DNA of 64,000 nt, from the NCBI GenBank assembly GCA_023261845.1, contig JALNJZ010000002.1:1-64000 (forward strand), read 5' to 3'. The notes under the pieces are model-generated. The model was not told where the DNA came from. It searched no databases and worked only from the letters and a program-made list of their open reading frames with translations. Position numbers and translations under genes: made by a program. Below, in pieces: positions 28,580-39,460 of the stretch (position 1 is the first letter of the stretch; every line of letters begins with the position of its first letter). This stretch comes from Candidatus Terraquivivens tengchongensis. GTDB lineage: Archaea; Thermoproteota; Nitrososphaeria_A; Caldarchaeales; Wolframiiraptoraceae.

Positions 28580-29691
28580 AGAGTCTAATGAACAATGTAA
28601 AAAAATTCCTTGAAGCAAACTGCGAATTCCTTAGAGACCAAAATGAACCTAATAGAATCTTTACAAAGGGCTATAAAATAGAGGGAATTTATTTATTGAT
28701 ATCCAAAGGTATTCCGCTATTTAGGACCGAAGGTGTTGGGGATATAACGCTTTTTACCATAAAAGGTGATAGAGTAGAGTATTTGCTTCCTGCAATACTG
28801 CCAGAAAAAATACAAGCAAAAATAAGGAGACGGATGCTTGAAATCTTGAGAGGAAGTTTCACAGACGACCTAAAACGATTGATGAAAGAAAAGTATGAAA
28901 AGCTGCACTACAAGAAGATCGGAGATAATGGTTCATGGAACTGTTATATTGCTCCTCCGTTAAGTGAAGGCGGAACCGATATAGGCATGTGCGGTTTTTG
29001 TCCAGCATGTACAATACTTGGATCGATGATAACTGATAACGAACTCGAAGATGCAAAGACGTCTTATGGATTAAAAAGCAGGGTACATCATGACATAGCT
29101 TTCGCAACCACTGCATATGAAAAGGCTGTTAGTGAGATGACCCACAACAAGGTTGGTGACGGTGTAAGCTATACAGGCATGGCACTTTTTGAAGAACAAC
29201 ACGTCTTACCTGGAGTGTGCTTCATTGGTAAAGTCGTGCTTAATGATGTAACGATGATGGAAGCAAAGCTCGTGCTAAGCTCCCTAACGACGATAACTAG
29301 GATGGGTGCTGGAGAGACTAAGTTCGGTTCGGTCCAAACGATCTTGCTCGGCCTAAAGGCAGGGAAATATGAAACCATAAGTTCTTATGATGTTGTCAGA
29401 AAAGTACTTGATCAGAGCAAAGGAGAACTCATACCTCCAGAAGATGTTCTAACACATGTCTTGAGGTACATAAAGGAGAAAGGTTTCACACCGTTACTCG
29501 AAGATTCAAACATAAACATAGGTGATGCTGATTTAACAGTTGAGATGAGTAATGACGAAATAAAGACTCTTTGGGATAAGGACAACTATTTTTACGCTGA
29601 ACAAGTAGTAAAATACATAGAAAGAACGAAGAAAGCCGGTGGTAAAGAAGGAAGTCGTGAAAGAAAGGCAAAAGAAGGCGAAGAAGAGTGA
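28576..29691 (+). CDS. csc2: Type I-D Cas7 (Csc2)
   Basis: LFRTEG, CGFCPAC, KSRV, TRMGAGETKFG. Confidence 0.85.
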   Translation: MKSLMNNVKKFLEANCEFLRDQNEPNRIFTKGYKIEGIYLLISKGIPLFRTEGVGDITLFTIKGDRVEYLLPAILPEKIQAKIRRRMLEILRGSFTDDLKRLMKEKYEKLHYKKIGDNGSWNCYIAPPLSEGGTDIGMCGFCPACTILGSMITDNELEDAKTSYGLKSRVHHDIAFATTAYEKAVSEMTHNKVGDGVSYTGMALFEEQHVLPGVCFIGKVVLNDVTMMEAKLVLSSLTTITRMGAGETKFGSVQTILLGLKAGKYETISSYDVVRKVLDQSKGELIPPEDVLTHVLRYIKEKGFTPLLEDSNINIGDADLTVEMSNDEIKTLWDKDNYFYAEQVVKYIERTKKAGGKEGSRERKAKEGEEE

Positions 29692-30389
29692 AGGAAGAAG
29701 CCTATGAAGTTGAGGACTTGAACTATTATATAGTCACCTTAGAACTTCATGGTATGTCATTATTTTCCAGTCAAAGCCATCCATATCCAACGGGTTTTGT
29801 TCAAACACAACTTCCAGTAATACATAACTATCCGTTGCTTTTAGCAGCAAAGGGTCAGGCATGTGAAGAATCGTACGTAGTGGGTTATAACATGTTAAAG
29901 AAGGCAGATAATCCAGCCAACACATTTGATGATGTTGGAATTTACGCATATCCAGCAATTGTCGAAAGAGCGTATTACAAGAAGATATTGATGAGCATGT
30001 CTGAAACCGAATATGTTGTTTATAAGCCAAGGACGAGAACCTGCGTGCCGTTGATGGTTCATCACAACATGCTTGCTCCTGGCTCTCTAGCAAAGACCGT
30101 TATAATATCCAGAGATGAAATTTCAAGAGAACTTTACCTTAGACTTGGTGTTAAAAGGTTTGGTATATGGAAGGCAACACTCAAGGAAGCAAGTGTAGAG
30201 ATAAAAAATGGTGTTGTTGACATAGAGTTTCCATTCAACGTATCGGACGTCAAAAATGTGATTGAGTATGCGTTGATAATGAAGCATTATGCTGGTGATA
30301 TAGCAATATCTGGGAGGGCGAGTAAAGCATTTGTGCTTAGGTCAGGAACAGATTCTCTTATAATTCCAATTCCCCTCTTTATTTCTTAG
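29688..30389 (+). CDS. csc1: Type I-D Cas5 (Csc1)
   Basis: IHNYPL and YLRLG motifs; follows csc2. Confidence 0.8.
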   Translation: MKEEAYEVEDLNYYIVTLELHGMSLFSSQSHPYPTGFVQTQLPVIHNYPLLLAAKGQACEESYVVGYNMLKKADNPANTFDDVGIYAYPAIVERAYYKKILMSMSETEYVVYKPRTRTCVPLMVHHNMLAPGSLAKTVIISRDEISRELYLRLGVKRFGIWKATLKEASVEIKNGVVDIEFPFNVSDVKNVIEYALIMKHYAGDIAISGRASKAFVLRSGTDSLIIPIPLFIS

Positions 30390-30400
30390 CATGATACAAT

Positions 30401-32542
30401 ATGGTCCTCGAGTGTATTGAGGTTACACTAAAATCAGTTTACATGGAGCAGGCAAATGAATTTCTTGGTAAGGCTAGACTTAGGAGTTTTCAAAAAGAGA
30501 TTGCCGACATTCAGGATGGAGCAATCGTTCTTACTGCACCCACAGGTTCTGGTAAAACCGTCACCCTACTGAGTGATGTTAGTAGGATGGTTTCAGTAGG
30601 TTTTTACCCAAACAATGAGCTTTTGCTCAGCCAAATAGCTGGCTTACACAATTTCATAACTAGCTATTTAGGAATGAAGTCTATCGAAAGTCCCCTCTTA
30701 GATTACGCTATAAAACCCGAGGAGATGATGAACACGAGTTATGCTCCGTATAACCTTTACAGCGGAGATTGTGTAGAGATTTTTGGGCGACGTGTAAAAA
30801 GGCTTTGGATTCTTGGCTTAAGCGGTAGAATAATCAAAAGATTTGGTGAGGGGGGCAAGCTCGATACTTTGAAGGAGACTGTTGAAAGACTTGTGAGACT
30901 TGAGGATGCTTATGGAGTCGTCGTGGCGACACCAGATACGTACTTTTTGCTGTCACTCTATGCCTACAGAGATTTTTGTGCCGTAAGCAGATTGATATCA
31001 ACAATACTTAGCATGCCGCCCAATGTTGATGTCAAATATATAGACGATGTTCTTAGGATGGGTGGTTTAGCTCCTAGAGAGAAATTGACTGAGATAATTA
31101 GCGTCTTTATTCCGATAAAGAATGCAACAATTTTTATCGATGAGTATCACTTATATGACCTCTATGATATCTACTCATTCAAGGTCTTGTTATATCTCTT
31201 AAAAGAAGTACATGCATGGGATGGTAGACTTATATTCTCTTCAGCCACACCAAACATCAAATTAGCTAAGATTATTGCTGATGAAGCTGACTTGCAGCTT
31301 AAGGAGTTAAACGCGATAGAAAGGGTTAGAGAGAAAGGTGATATGGATGCCCTCGTAAGAGGAGAAATAGAGTTGACCTTTTTTGGTGTAGATACTGAGA
31401 GAAAGTCTAGAATAGGGAAAGCGTACGGAGCGAGTGAAAAAGCAATCGACCTTCTGAGGGAAAGAAAATTCGAAAAATTCATCGAGTCGTACAAAGGCGG
31501 TATTGGAAGAGGAATGATTATTCTTGAAAAGGTTTCTCACGCAGACGTGTTCGCAGAAGGACTGTACAGGATTTATGGTGTTAAACCAGTTTGTCTCTTC
31601 TCGACGGCACCGTCAACTTTCCCAACAATGGTTTCAGAGTCAGCTCGAGATGAAGGGGGGCTCCTCATAGTTGGGACGGGTGCGAGGATAGGACAAGGTG
31701 TCGAGTTTAGGAATATAACTTTTGGGATTGTAGCGCGAGCGATAGCGTATGACTATCTACAATCATTAAGCAGAATAGGTAGAAGATATCCTGGGAGGAG
31801 CACTATACTAACACCTGTTGATATAAGCCAAATGGACAAATTGAGGAAAGAGATTGATACAATGATGACTTACGGAGATTTGGTAAGATGGATTGAGGAG
31901 ACTAAAGTTTTCTTACATAGTAAGGTAGAAGAACCGGGCGTGTACAAGAACTTCGTCAGTATACGTGAATGTCTCCTAAAGTTATTAGGCATAAGCCTCT
32001 TTTACAGACACACTGGAACATGGACCGATGAGATAAGGAAAGTATCAGATATTGCTCGTAACTTAGAGCTGTGTGTTCTATCACCACCTGATGAAATCTA
32101 CGGGATAACGATGTTCAGATCTACAGGTCCGGAGGTAAAGTTCTACAGGGATAAGGACGATGGTGTTGAAAGGAGCGACAACCTCGGCACAATAATCAGA
32201 AACTATGTTGTGGATATAGATGCTAACGGTAAATTGGTACTCGTAAAAAGCGGACGGAGCGAACTATTAGTGAAGTGTGGCGAAAGGGGGCTTAACATGT
32301 TAAAGAGGATGGGACAAAATCGATTAAAACCTGTACTAGTCAGTTGGAGTTTTCTTCAGGATGTACTTAAATGTGAGATAGTTGATTCGCATAAGCTTGA
32401 CACGGCAGGTTTTGAAGGTCAACTCTTCATGGTCGTCGATACGAATGATAGTGAGATAGCCGAGTTTCTTGCGGCGACCGGTCGTGGCTTAAGGGTTGAT
32501 ACGGGTATGGAAAAGAAAACGCTTGTGTTGATCTTTGTATAA
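30401..32542 (+). CDS. cas3: Cas3' helicase (no HD domain)
   Basis: APTGSGKT, YPNNELL..Q, DEYH, SAT, QSLSRIGR. Confidence 0.88.
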   Translation: MVLECIEVTLKSVYMEQANEFLGKARLRSFQKEIADIQDGAIVLTAPTGSGKTVTLLSDVSRMVSVGFYPNNELLLSQIAGLHNFITSYLGMKSIESPLLDYAIKPEEMMNTSYAPYNLYSGDCVEIFGRRVKRLWILGLSGRIIKRFGEGGKLDTLKETVERLVRLEDAYGVVVATPDTYFLLSLYAYRDFCAVSRLISTILSMPPNVDVKYIDDVLRMGGLAPREKLTEIISVFIPIKNATIFIDEYHLYDLYDIYSFKVLLYLLKEVHAWDGRLIFSSATPNIKLAKIIADEADLQLKELNAIERVREKGDMDALVRGEIELTFFGVDTERKSRIGKAYGASEKAIDLLRERKFEKFIESYKGGIGRGMIILEKVSHADVFAEGLYRIYGVKPVCLFSTAPSTFPTMVSESARDEGGLLIVGTGARIGQGVEFRNITFGIVARAIAYDYLQSLSRIGRRYPGRSTILTPVDISQMDKLRKEIDTMMTYGDLVRWIEETKVFLHSKVEEPGVYKNFVSIRECLLKLLGISLFYRHTGTWTDEIRKVSDIARNLELCVLSPPDEIYGITMFRSTGPEVKFYRDKDDGVERSDNLGTIIRNYVVDIDANGKLVLVKSGRSELLVKCGERGLNMLKRMGQNRLKPVLVSWSFLQDVLKCEIVDSHKLDTAGFEGQLFMVVDTNDSEIAEFLAATGRGLRVDTGMEKKTLVLIFV

Positions 32543-32553
32543 GTGGTGACAAA

Positions 32554-32835
32554 ATGTATGTCATCGTTGCCTTCGACATTTCGGAAGAAAGCAATAGAGA
32601 AGTTGTACGTAGATACCTCAGGTCTCTCGGTTTATCGATGGTTAACAGAAGCGTCTATGCAGGAGTTGGAGGACAAAGTATCGCAGAGAAAATTTCAGAG
32701 AAAGTTAGAGAGATCGTTGGAGAACGTGATCACGTTTTTATTATTCTTGTACAAGAATCAGAATATTTACGGGCGATTGTATGTACCAAGGAGTATTGTA
32801 GGAGGGTCGAGGACGAGAAGTTCGAGGTCATCTGA
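32554..32835 (+). CDS. cas2: Cas2
   Basis: MYVIVAFDIS...LRSLGLSMVNRSVYAG. Confidence 0.9.
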   Translation: MYVIVAFDISEESNREVVRRYLRSLGLSMVNRSVYAGVGGQSIAEKISEKVREIVGERDHVFIILVQESEYLRAIVCTKEYCRRVEDEKFEVI

Positions 32836-33511
32836 ACCAAAGATATTCGCGACAATGTTGTCATGGATGGCCAAGTGTCCTATCGCAAGAAACATAGTGC
32901 TAACGAGTGGAGGAGGTATGTCTTACACAACTCCAATATTCGTGAGCAAGTTAGCTAATAAACATGATGACCTAAAAAACATCGCAGTGGATGCATTTGA
33001 AGAAGTCTTAAAAAGTTATCCGACCACAGACGTTATGTATATGGAGCTCGCACCAGAGGAGACCACGGTTATAATTAATGCCGATTCTACGAATAAGTAT
33101 GTTGTTAGCGGTCGACCAGACGTTCTTATGTGGATTACTGGTGAGAGCCTAGAGCAACGCCATTTAGTGCTTGCATGTGAGCTAACCCTAATGTCGGCAA
33201 TAAGACACTTGATCTATGGTGAGATGACCTTCTACATCACGTCTTTATACATTAATTATGGGTTTGAGGTAGCGGGCCTCCTCATCAATCCGAAATATAT
33301 CTACTTAATTCTCCCAAAGATACCGACAGACCGTGCAAAGCTTAAGGAGTATTTTAAGAAAGAGGGGGTGCCGATACTTCTGCTAAAATTATTCAGACAG
33401 ATTGATGAGGAGCGTGCAACGAAGTATGCTGAGGAATTAAGAAGCAAAAAACCATGGATCTGCACTCTGTGCGATCTTAGGAACTTATGCCCAATTAGTG
33501 GTGAGATATGA
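32777..33511 (+). CDS. cas4: Cas4-like protein (start uncertain; frame is open from 32543)
   Basis: N-terminal CP, SGRPD, C-terminal CTLCDLRNLC Fe-S cysteines; between cas2 and cas1. Confidence 0.75.
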   Translation: MYVPRSIVGGSRTRSSRSSEPKIFATMLSWMAKCPIARNIVLTSGGGMSYTTPIFVSKLANKHDDLKNIAVDAFEEVLKSYPTTDVMYMELAPEETTVIINADSTNKYVVSGRPDVLMWITGESLEQRHLVLACELTLMSAIRHLIYGEMTFYITSLYINYGFEVAGLLINPKYIYLILPKIPTDRAKLKEYFKKEGVPILLLKLFRQIDEERATKYAEELRSKKPWICTLCDLRNLCPISGEI

Positions 33512-34479
33512 AGGTAATATTCGTCAAGAATGCAGAGAGAATATCAAGAAAGAGCAGGTCCGGAATACTTGTACATTTTGGCGAAAATAAGTATAAGGAG
33601 ATCAACATTAGAGATATCGAGGCTCTGTTTATCCTAGGTTCGAAGGTTCTTATAGAGTCATGCGCAATCTCACTCCTTTCATCGTTTAACATCCCAGTAG
33701 CGATAATCTCTAAGCTTGGCGTTTCATTGCTGTCCACCCACATGTTAACATACTATAATGATGTTAGACGTGCGCAATATGCCATGAACGATGAAGAACG
33801 TCAAAAGATAATGCTCGAAATACTGCTTGCGAAATTTAGAGGCTTCTCCAACATCATTAAGTATTATGGTAAAGACGAACCTGACATACACTATACGGAA
33901 GATCTGGAAAAGGGCAATATTTCGCTACTGTTGTGGGAGGCGCTTAATAGCAAAGCCTATTGGGAGAAAGTGTTAGGGATTTTGCCGGGTGACATTCTTG
34001 ATACTTTAAAGGCCAGATATGGTTTCGAGGGTAGGAAGCCTAGGGCTAAAGATCCGTTCAACAAGAGCATATCCTTACTATATGCTCTGCTTTACGCTAT
34101 GTCGTTACGTGCGCTTGTAGCTAGCGGCTTAGACCCAACTGAGGGGCTGCATCATAAGACTAGATACTCAACACCTTTGGTCTTCGACTACGTTGAAATG
34201 TATAAGCCGATAGCGGTACATGCTGTCTTGAAAACGTTTAAAAGCAAAAGCGAGAAGATAAACATCAACAAGGATGGTAACCTGACGAAGGACTCGATAG
34301 AGATCTTAGCGAAAGAATTCTTCTTGATAATGCGGGCACGGATAAGGAATACACGAATGACACCTTATAGGGCCGTTTATATTAACACCTATAGGCTTGC
34401 GCGGAGGATAAGGGGTGATGAGAAGGTAAGGTACACCTTCACGTACAACCCAAAGAAGCTCATCCTACACGACTTTTAG
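33508..34479 (+). CDS. cas1: Cas1 integrase
   Basis: EA...AYW, DPFN...Y, GLDP..GLHH, LVFDYVEMYKP. Confidence 0.92.
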   Translation: MKVIFVKNAERISRKSRSGILVHFGENKYKEINIRDIEALFILGSKVLIESCAISLLSSFNIPVAIISKLGVSLLSTHMLTYYNDVRRAQYAMNDEERQKIMLEILLAKFRGFSNIIKYYGKDEPDIHYTEDLEKGNISLLLWEALNSKAYWEKVLGILPGDILDTLKARYGFEGRKPRAKDPFNKSISLLYALLYAMSLRALVASGLDPTEGLHHKTRYSTPLVFDYVEMYKPIAVHAVLKTFKSKSEKININKDGNLTKDSIEILAKEFFLIMRARIRNTRMTPYRAVYINTYRLARRIRGDEKVRYTFTYNPKKLILHDF

Positions 34480-34496
34480 TTTCTTGTTGCTTAGAG
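34473..34496 (-). repeat. Orphan CRISPR repeat, inverted relative to the array, overlapping the cas1 stop
   Basis: Minus strand CTCTAAGCAACAAGAAACTAAAAG, 20/24 identical to CTCTAAATAACAAAGAACTAAAAG. Confidence 0.8.
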
Positions 34497-34674
34497 GACA
34501 AGAATTTTTAAACTTTTCGGAGAAAGAAGTTATAAAGAAAATCAGGGAGAAGCAAGAATTTCACCCAGGAAGCTTAAGTTATCAGAGAGAAGTTTTATAT
34601 ACGAAAATCTTCAAAAATAGAGCCGAAACTAAAAGAAAAATAGGCGAATAAAAGTATAACCAGTTGAGAGTGTC
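34497..34674 (+). promoter_or_regulatory. CRISPR leader
   Basis: AT-rich non-coding stretch between cas1 and the first repeat with TATA-like elements; the block of variant repeats is at the opposite end of the array. Confidence 0.8.
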
Positions 34675-37600
34675 GTCTAAATAACAAAGAACTAAAAGAA
34701 AGCATTTCAGGAACGCTTACTTTTTGTCCGAACCTGGTCTAAATAACAAAGAACTAAAAGCGTTAAAAGCGTGATGCCGAAGGTGGTGTTGAAAAAACAA
34801 GTCTAAATAACAAAGAACTAAAAGTCTTCGAGACGATTGTGATGTTCTCTGCGAGTCTAAATAACAAAGAACTAAAAGATTATAGTGAAAATGTGACAAC
34901 TCGCCCAATTTTTGTCTAAATAACAAAGAACTAAAAGCTGAAATTCATCAATCGTCAGGTCATATTTGGAATGCATGGAGTCTAAATAACAAAGAACTAA
35001 AAGACATTTATGACAGGACTATTCTGGACTTTCCTTGAGCGTCTAAATAACAAAGAACTAAAAGATCCACGACTGAATTTGTGCACAAAAAACATTATAA
35101 GTCTAAATAACAAAGAACTAAAAGTAAAAAGAATTCCCGCCACGTCTCCACAACCGAGTCTAAATAACAAAGAACTAAAAGTGGATTTAAACCATTCGAC
35201 TACCAAATAAAATTATTACGGTCTAAATAACAAAGAACTAAAAGACTTTATAAAAGAATTCGTTATACAAACGCTTGATCTAAATAACAAAGAACTAAAA
35301 GAGGTATGCCAAACTAATAAGTGCTGGTTCAACATTTCTGTCTAAATAACAAAGAACTAAAAGTGTTTTGCACCTCAGCTAGTACTAAAACTTAGGTCTA
35401 AATAACAAAGAACTAAAAGTTTAAATTTTCGTCCATCAGCTCGCTTGGCCGTTTTCCCAGTCTAAATAACAAAGAACTAAAAGCTTGATCTTCCACTCGA
35501 AAGGCTCATCACAATTATGTTGGTCTAAATAACAAAGAACTAAAAGTACAAAATCAGATCCGAGTATGCCGTGAACCAGCACGTGTCTAAATAACAAAGA
35601 ACTAAAAGGCATTCGATTGCAACTCTAGCCCATCCTTTACTGGTCTAAATAACAAAGAACTAAAAGAGGTTCTGGTGAATTCATATTATCAAAAATAAGT
35701 CTAAATAACAAAGAACTAAAAGCGTGAAAAATTCGGCCTATAGATGACCCTAGTCTAAATAACAAAGAACTAAAAGTCAAAGTGTAGATGCGCCAGCTGA
35801 ATTGCTGAGTCTAAATAACAAAGAACTAAAAGGATGTTCCAAGTAGTTCCAGAAAAGTCCCGTCATAAAGTCTAAATAACAAAGAACTAAAAGCTTTTAG
35901 TTTTTCCCCTTCTTCAATTATGAACTCGCGTCTAAATAACAAAGAACTAAAAGCAACACCACTTTTTTCATCGCCGCCATGATGAATCGGTGTTAAGTCT
36001 AAATAACAAAGAACTAAAAGACTTTAACCTCACCGCCCCCTACATCATAATCGTCTAAATAACAAAGAACTAAAAGTTACGGTGGCGGAAAAACATCCGA
36101 GGACGCTCTAACCGCGGGTCTAAATAACAAAGAACTAAAAGCTCATACTTACACCTCAACCAGTACTGAAACTAGTCTAAATAACAAAGAACTAAAAGTA
36201 AAGCGCTTGCACTCACTGCCGCTTACACATTCTTGCATCAGGTCTAAATAACAAAGAACTAAAAGTAACCAAGCCAACTTGGCTCACAGCTTGCCCAGTC
36301 TAAATAACAAAGAACTAAAAGGAAATAAAAACAACTCGTGTAGCCACTCACTCTTGTCTAAATAACAAAGAACTAAAAGATATGTGCTTCTGCAAGAGAC
36401 AGATCAGCTGGCGGCCTCGTGTCTAAATAACAAAGAACTAAAAGCTATAATTTTCTCAATTGTCGGATACCAATTATGTCTAAATAACAAAGAACTAAAA
36501 GATAATCCCAACGATTGGAATGCCTGTTTTCGTCAGTCTAAATAACAAAGAACTAAAAGCGACTTCCTCAAGAACGCCGCCGCTGAAAAACATATATCTA
36601 AATAACAAAGAACTAAAAGACAGTGGCATTACATTTAGCGCTGAGGGTTAAAAAGTCTAAATAACAAAGAACTAAAAGTGAACACAAAGTTGACATTCAT
36701 AACTTGCTAGAAACACAAGTCTAAATAACAAAGAACTAAAAGTGTTCTGTCCACCATCCCACCTCGAAGGGCAGATAATCTAAATAACAAAGAACTAAAA
36801 GTATAATGAAAACGAAAAAAGGCTCAAACTAAGTGTCTAAATAACAAAGAACTAAAAGATTTGAACACAGCTTTAAATTTTGTGTTGATAGCAGGGTCTA
36901 AATAACAAAGAACTAAAAGTAGAATCGAGCGGCGGGATCCGCACGCAGAGCAAGACCACCGGTCTAAATAACAAAGAACTAAAAGCTTAATTATGGCCCC
37001 GGCTTTCGTGCCGGTATCATATAGTCTAAATAACAAAGAACTAAAAGCTTCACTTTCAGAAACGTTTGCGCAAACATAGCTAGTCTAAATAACAAAGAAC
37101 TAAAAGCTGTCAATATATATTCGCGGCAGATCCGTCTCGATCTCCGTCTAAATAACAAAGAACTAAAAGGCGCACTTCTAATGAGCTCATTCGAAAAGTC
37201 ATCCCGTGTCTAAATAACAAAGAACTAAAAGTATGCCTGGATGAGCATTTGCCACAGCCAGTAAGTCTCGTCTAAATAACAAAGAACTAAAAGACCAAGT
37301 GATGCAACATTTTCTTTCATGGTCGAAAAAGTCTAAATAACAAAGAACTAAAAGAGGCGTGAAGACCCCGAAGCGTTCCAACTCTTTTTGTCTAAATAAC
37401 AAAGAACTAAAAGGTGAAGGTTATTGTTGTGGCGGACGATGAGTATGTCTAAATAACAAAGAACTAAAAGTCAACAAGCTGAAGGATTGGGGTGAGGAGG
37501 AAGAAGTCTAAATAACAAAGAACTAAAAGCGGGATTTTAAGTATTCAAGCCGACTTATGAGAAAGTCTAAATAACAAAGAACTAAAAGTTAGCAAAATTT

Positions 37601-38755
37601 TTTTACCTACCCAATTAGCTGTTTCGTCACCAATCTAAATAACAAAGAACTAAAAGATACTTTTCAAACAGGACTCTTTTCGAGATTCATGTCTAAATAA
37701 CAAAGAACTAAAAGCTGAAAACTTGTGAACAGAGGTCGAGTGTGGTAAGGTCTAAATAACAAAGAACTAAAAGATGGTAATGTCTAAGGTCTCGCCGAGA
37801 TATAATAATATTTTATGGTCTAAATAACAAAGAACTAAAAGTTGTTGATGGCCCTAATTGTTCTTCCGGTCGCTGTCTAAATAACAAAGAACTAAAAGTC
37901 GTTCTTGTAGATGTGTCGCCACTAACATCGCCAAGTCTAAATAACAAAGAACTAAAAGCAGTCATCTGGCTGTCACCATCGCACTCATACTCCTCAGGTC
38001 TAAATAACAAAGAACTAAAAGCTGTTTCGAGGTCAACCCCAATCTCATTTCTGCACTTTTGTCTAAATAACAAAGAACTAAAAGTTATCTCCTGGCTCAT
38101 TTCGTCTTCGTGTTTCTCATGGTCTAAATAACAAAGAACTAAAAGTTTGGTGCATATTTTTGTGCCATTTTTTGCCATGTCTAAATAACAAAGAACTAAA
38201 AGTGATGATTTTCTAAAGCTACCGCCAGAGCCTGAGACTCTAAATAACAAAGAACTAAAAGATGGTAATGTCTAGGGTTTCTCCTAACATCAACGTTATT
38301 TTACTCTAAATAACAAAGAACTAAAAGTTGACTACGTAAAACTCCCCGACGGAAGACGAATCTCTAAATAACAAAGAACTAAAAGATGTTTTTTCTGACT
38401 TCTTTCGGAGGCTTACCGAATTTTATCTCTAAATAACAAAGAACTAAAAGACCTCTCCCGGGGTTGCACCAGTTCCGCCTCTACTCTAAATAACAAAGAA
38501 CTAAAAGGTTTCAGGTAACTTGTTTTCTTGGTACGCTGGACGTATTCCTGCCTCTCTAAATAACAAAGAACTAAAAGCATTCGAAAGTGGGCATCAAGCG
38601 ATGGCTCGGGCTCTAAATAACAAAGAACTAAAAGTTTTCATCAGCGTACCCAAAAAGTTTTAAAAGTGCCACTCTAAATAACAAAGAACTAAAAGTGACA
38701 ACGTACGCCGGGAATTTGGCAAAAAGGTCGGCTCTAAATAACAAAGAACTAAAAG
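34675..38755 (+). CRISPR. CRISPR array, 24-bp repeat GTCTAAATAACAAAGAACTAAAAG, about 68 repeats / 67 spacers of about 30-46 nt
   Basis: Repeats counted by eye; last nine begin with C, four internal ones begin with A. Confidence 0.98.
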
Positions 38756-38929
38756 AGCTGTCCTAGTAATCCATTATACGTCGAACATACTGGTAATCTA
38801 TGTCAACCTTTACATTAATTTGTTTCCAAGAAAGATAAATGAGTTATCAAGAATAGGATCAACTATCTTAAACATACAGTTGAGTAGAAGATGTTGATAG
38901 CTATCTTGTACCGATCACGCTTTCTTCGT

Positions 38930-39410
38930 GAAAGGGATATTATAATGTATTTGACCCCTCGCATAATACTTCGAGATCAGGTCGAGGAAAAATTTGAACA
39001 ATTCTTTAAAATATTTAAAGAAAAGCCTCCAACATTTGGGGAGGGGGAAGTTTTGAAATAAAAAATCTTAAAGAGGATGTAGTAAACCTTCCTCAATAAT
39101 TTATTTAAACATGAGACAGGCGAATGAAATATCAATCTTAATAGTTACACCTAATGGACTTCATAACTTCTTAAAACAATATAAAAGCGTTGATGAGTTG
39201 AATAACGCGAGCAGAATTAAGTTAATCTTGCTTGATGAAGTTCACAGAGTTTATTTCGGTCCAGAAATTTTAAAAAGCATTAGCATGCTTATTAATGGTA
39301 TAGCTCTTAAAAATGCATCTATAATTGGACTTTCAGCTACACCTATAAGACAGGCAATAGAATACATAGGTCCCATTCTTTATTCTTTAAGTTCTCTTCA
39401 GGCGATGGAA
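38930..39410 (+). pseudogene. SF2 (DEAD/DEAH, restriction-type) helicase fragment
   Basis: IMYLTPRIILRDQ (motif Ia), LLDEVHR, GLSATP in broken frames; no Walker A or C-terminal half; boundaries approximate. Confidence 0.7.
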
Positions 39411-39460
39411 GAACCGCTTTTGCGTTATTTAATGCTAGCAGCATTTGAACCCAATTTAAG

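Noticed and set aside
32543-32776. N-terminal extension of the Cas4 ORF overlapping most of cas2
   Set aside because: No Cas4-like motifs before PKIFAT...CP and cas2 occupies the region; treated as an open shadow frame
34717-38250. ORF-track entries inside the CRISPR array (LLVLCYLD, FSSLLFR, LNNKELK repeats)
   Set aside because: Translations of the repeat, not genes
34699-38731. Self-targeting spacers against genes in this window
   Set aside because: None seen by eye; an alignment would be needed to exclude them
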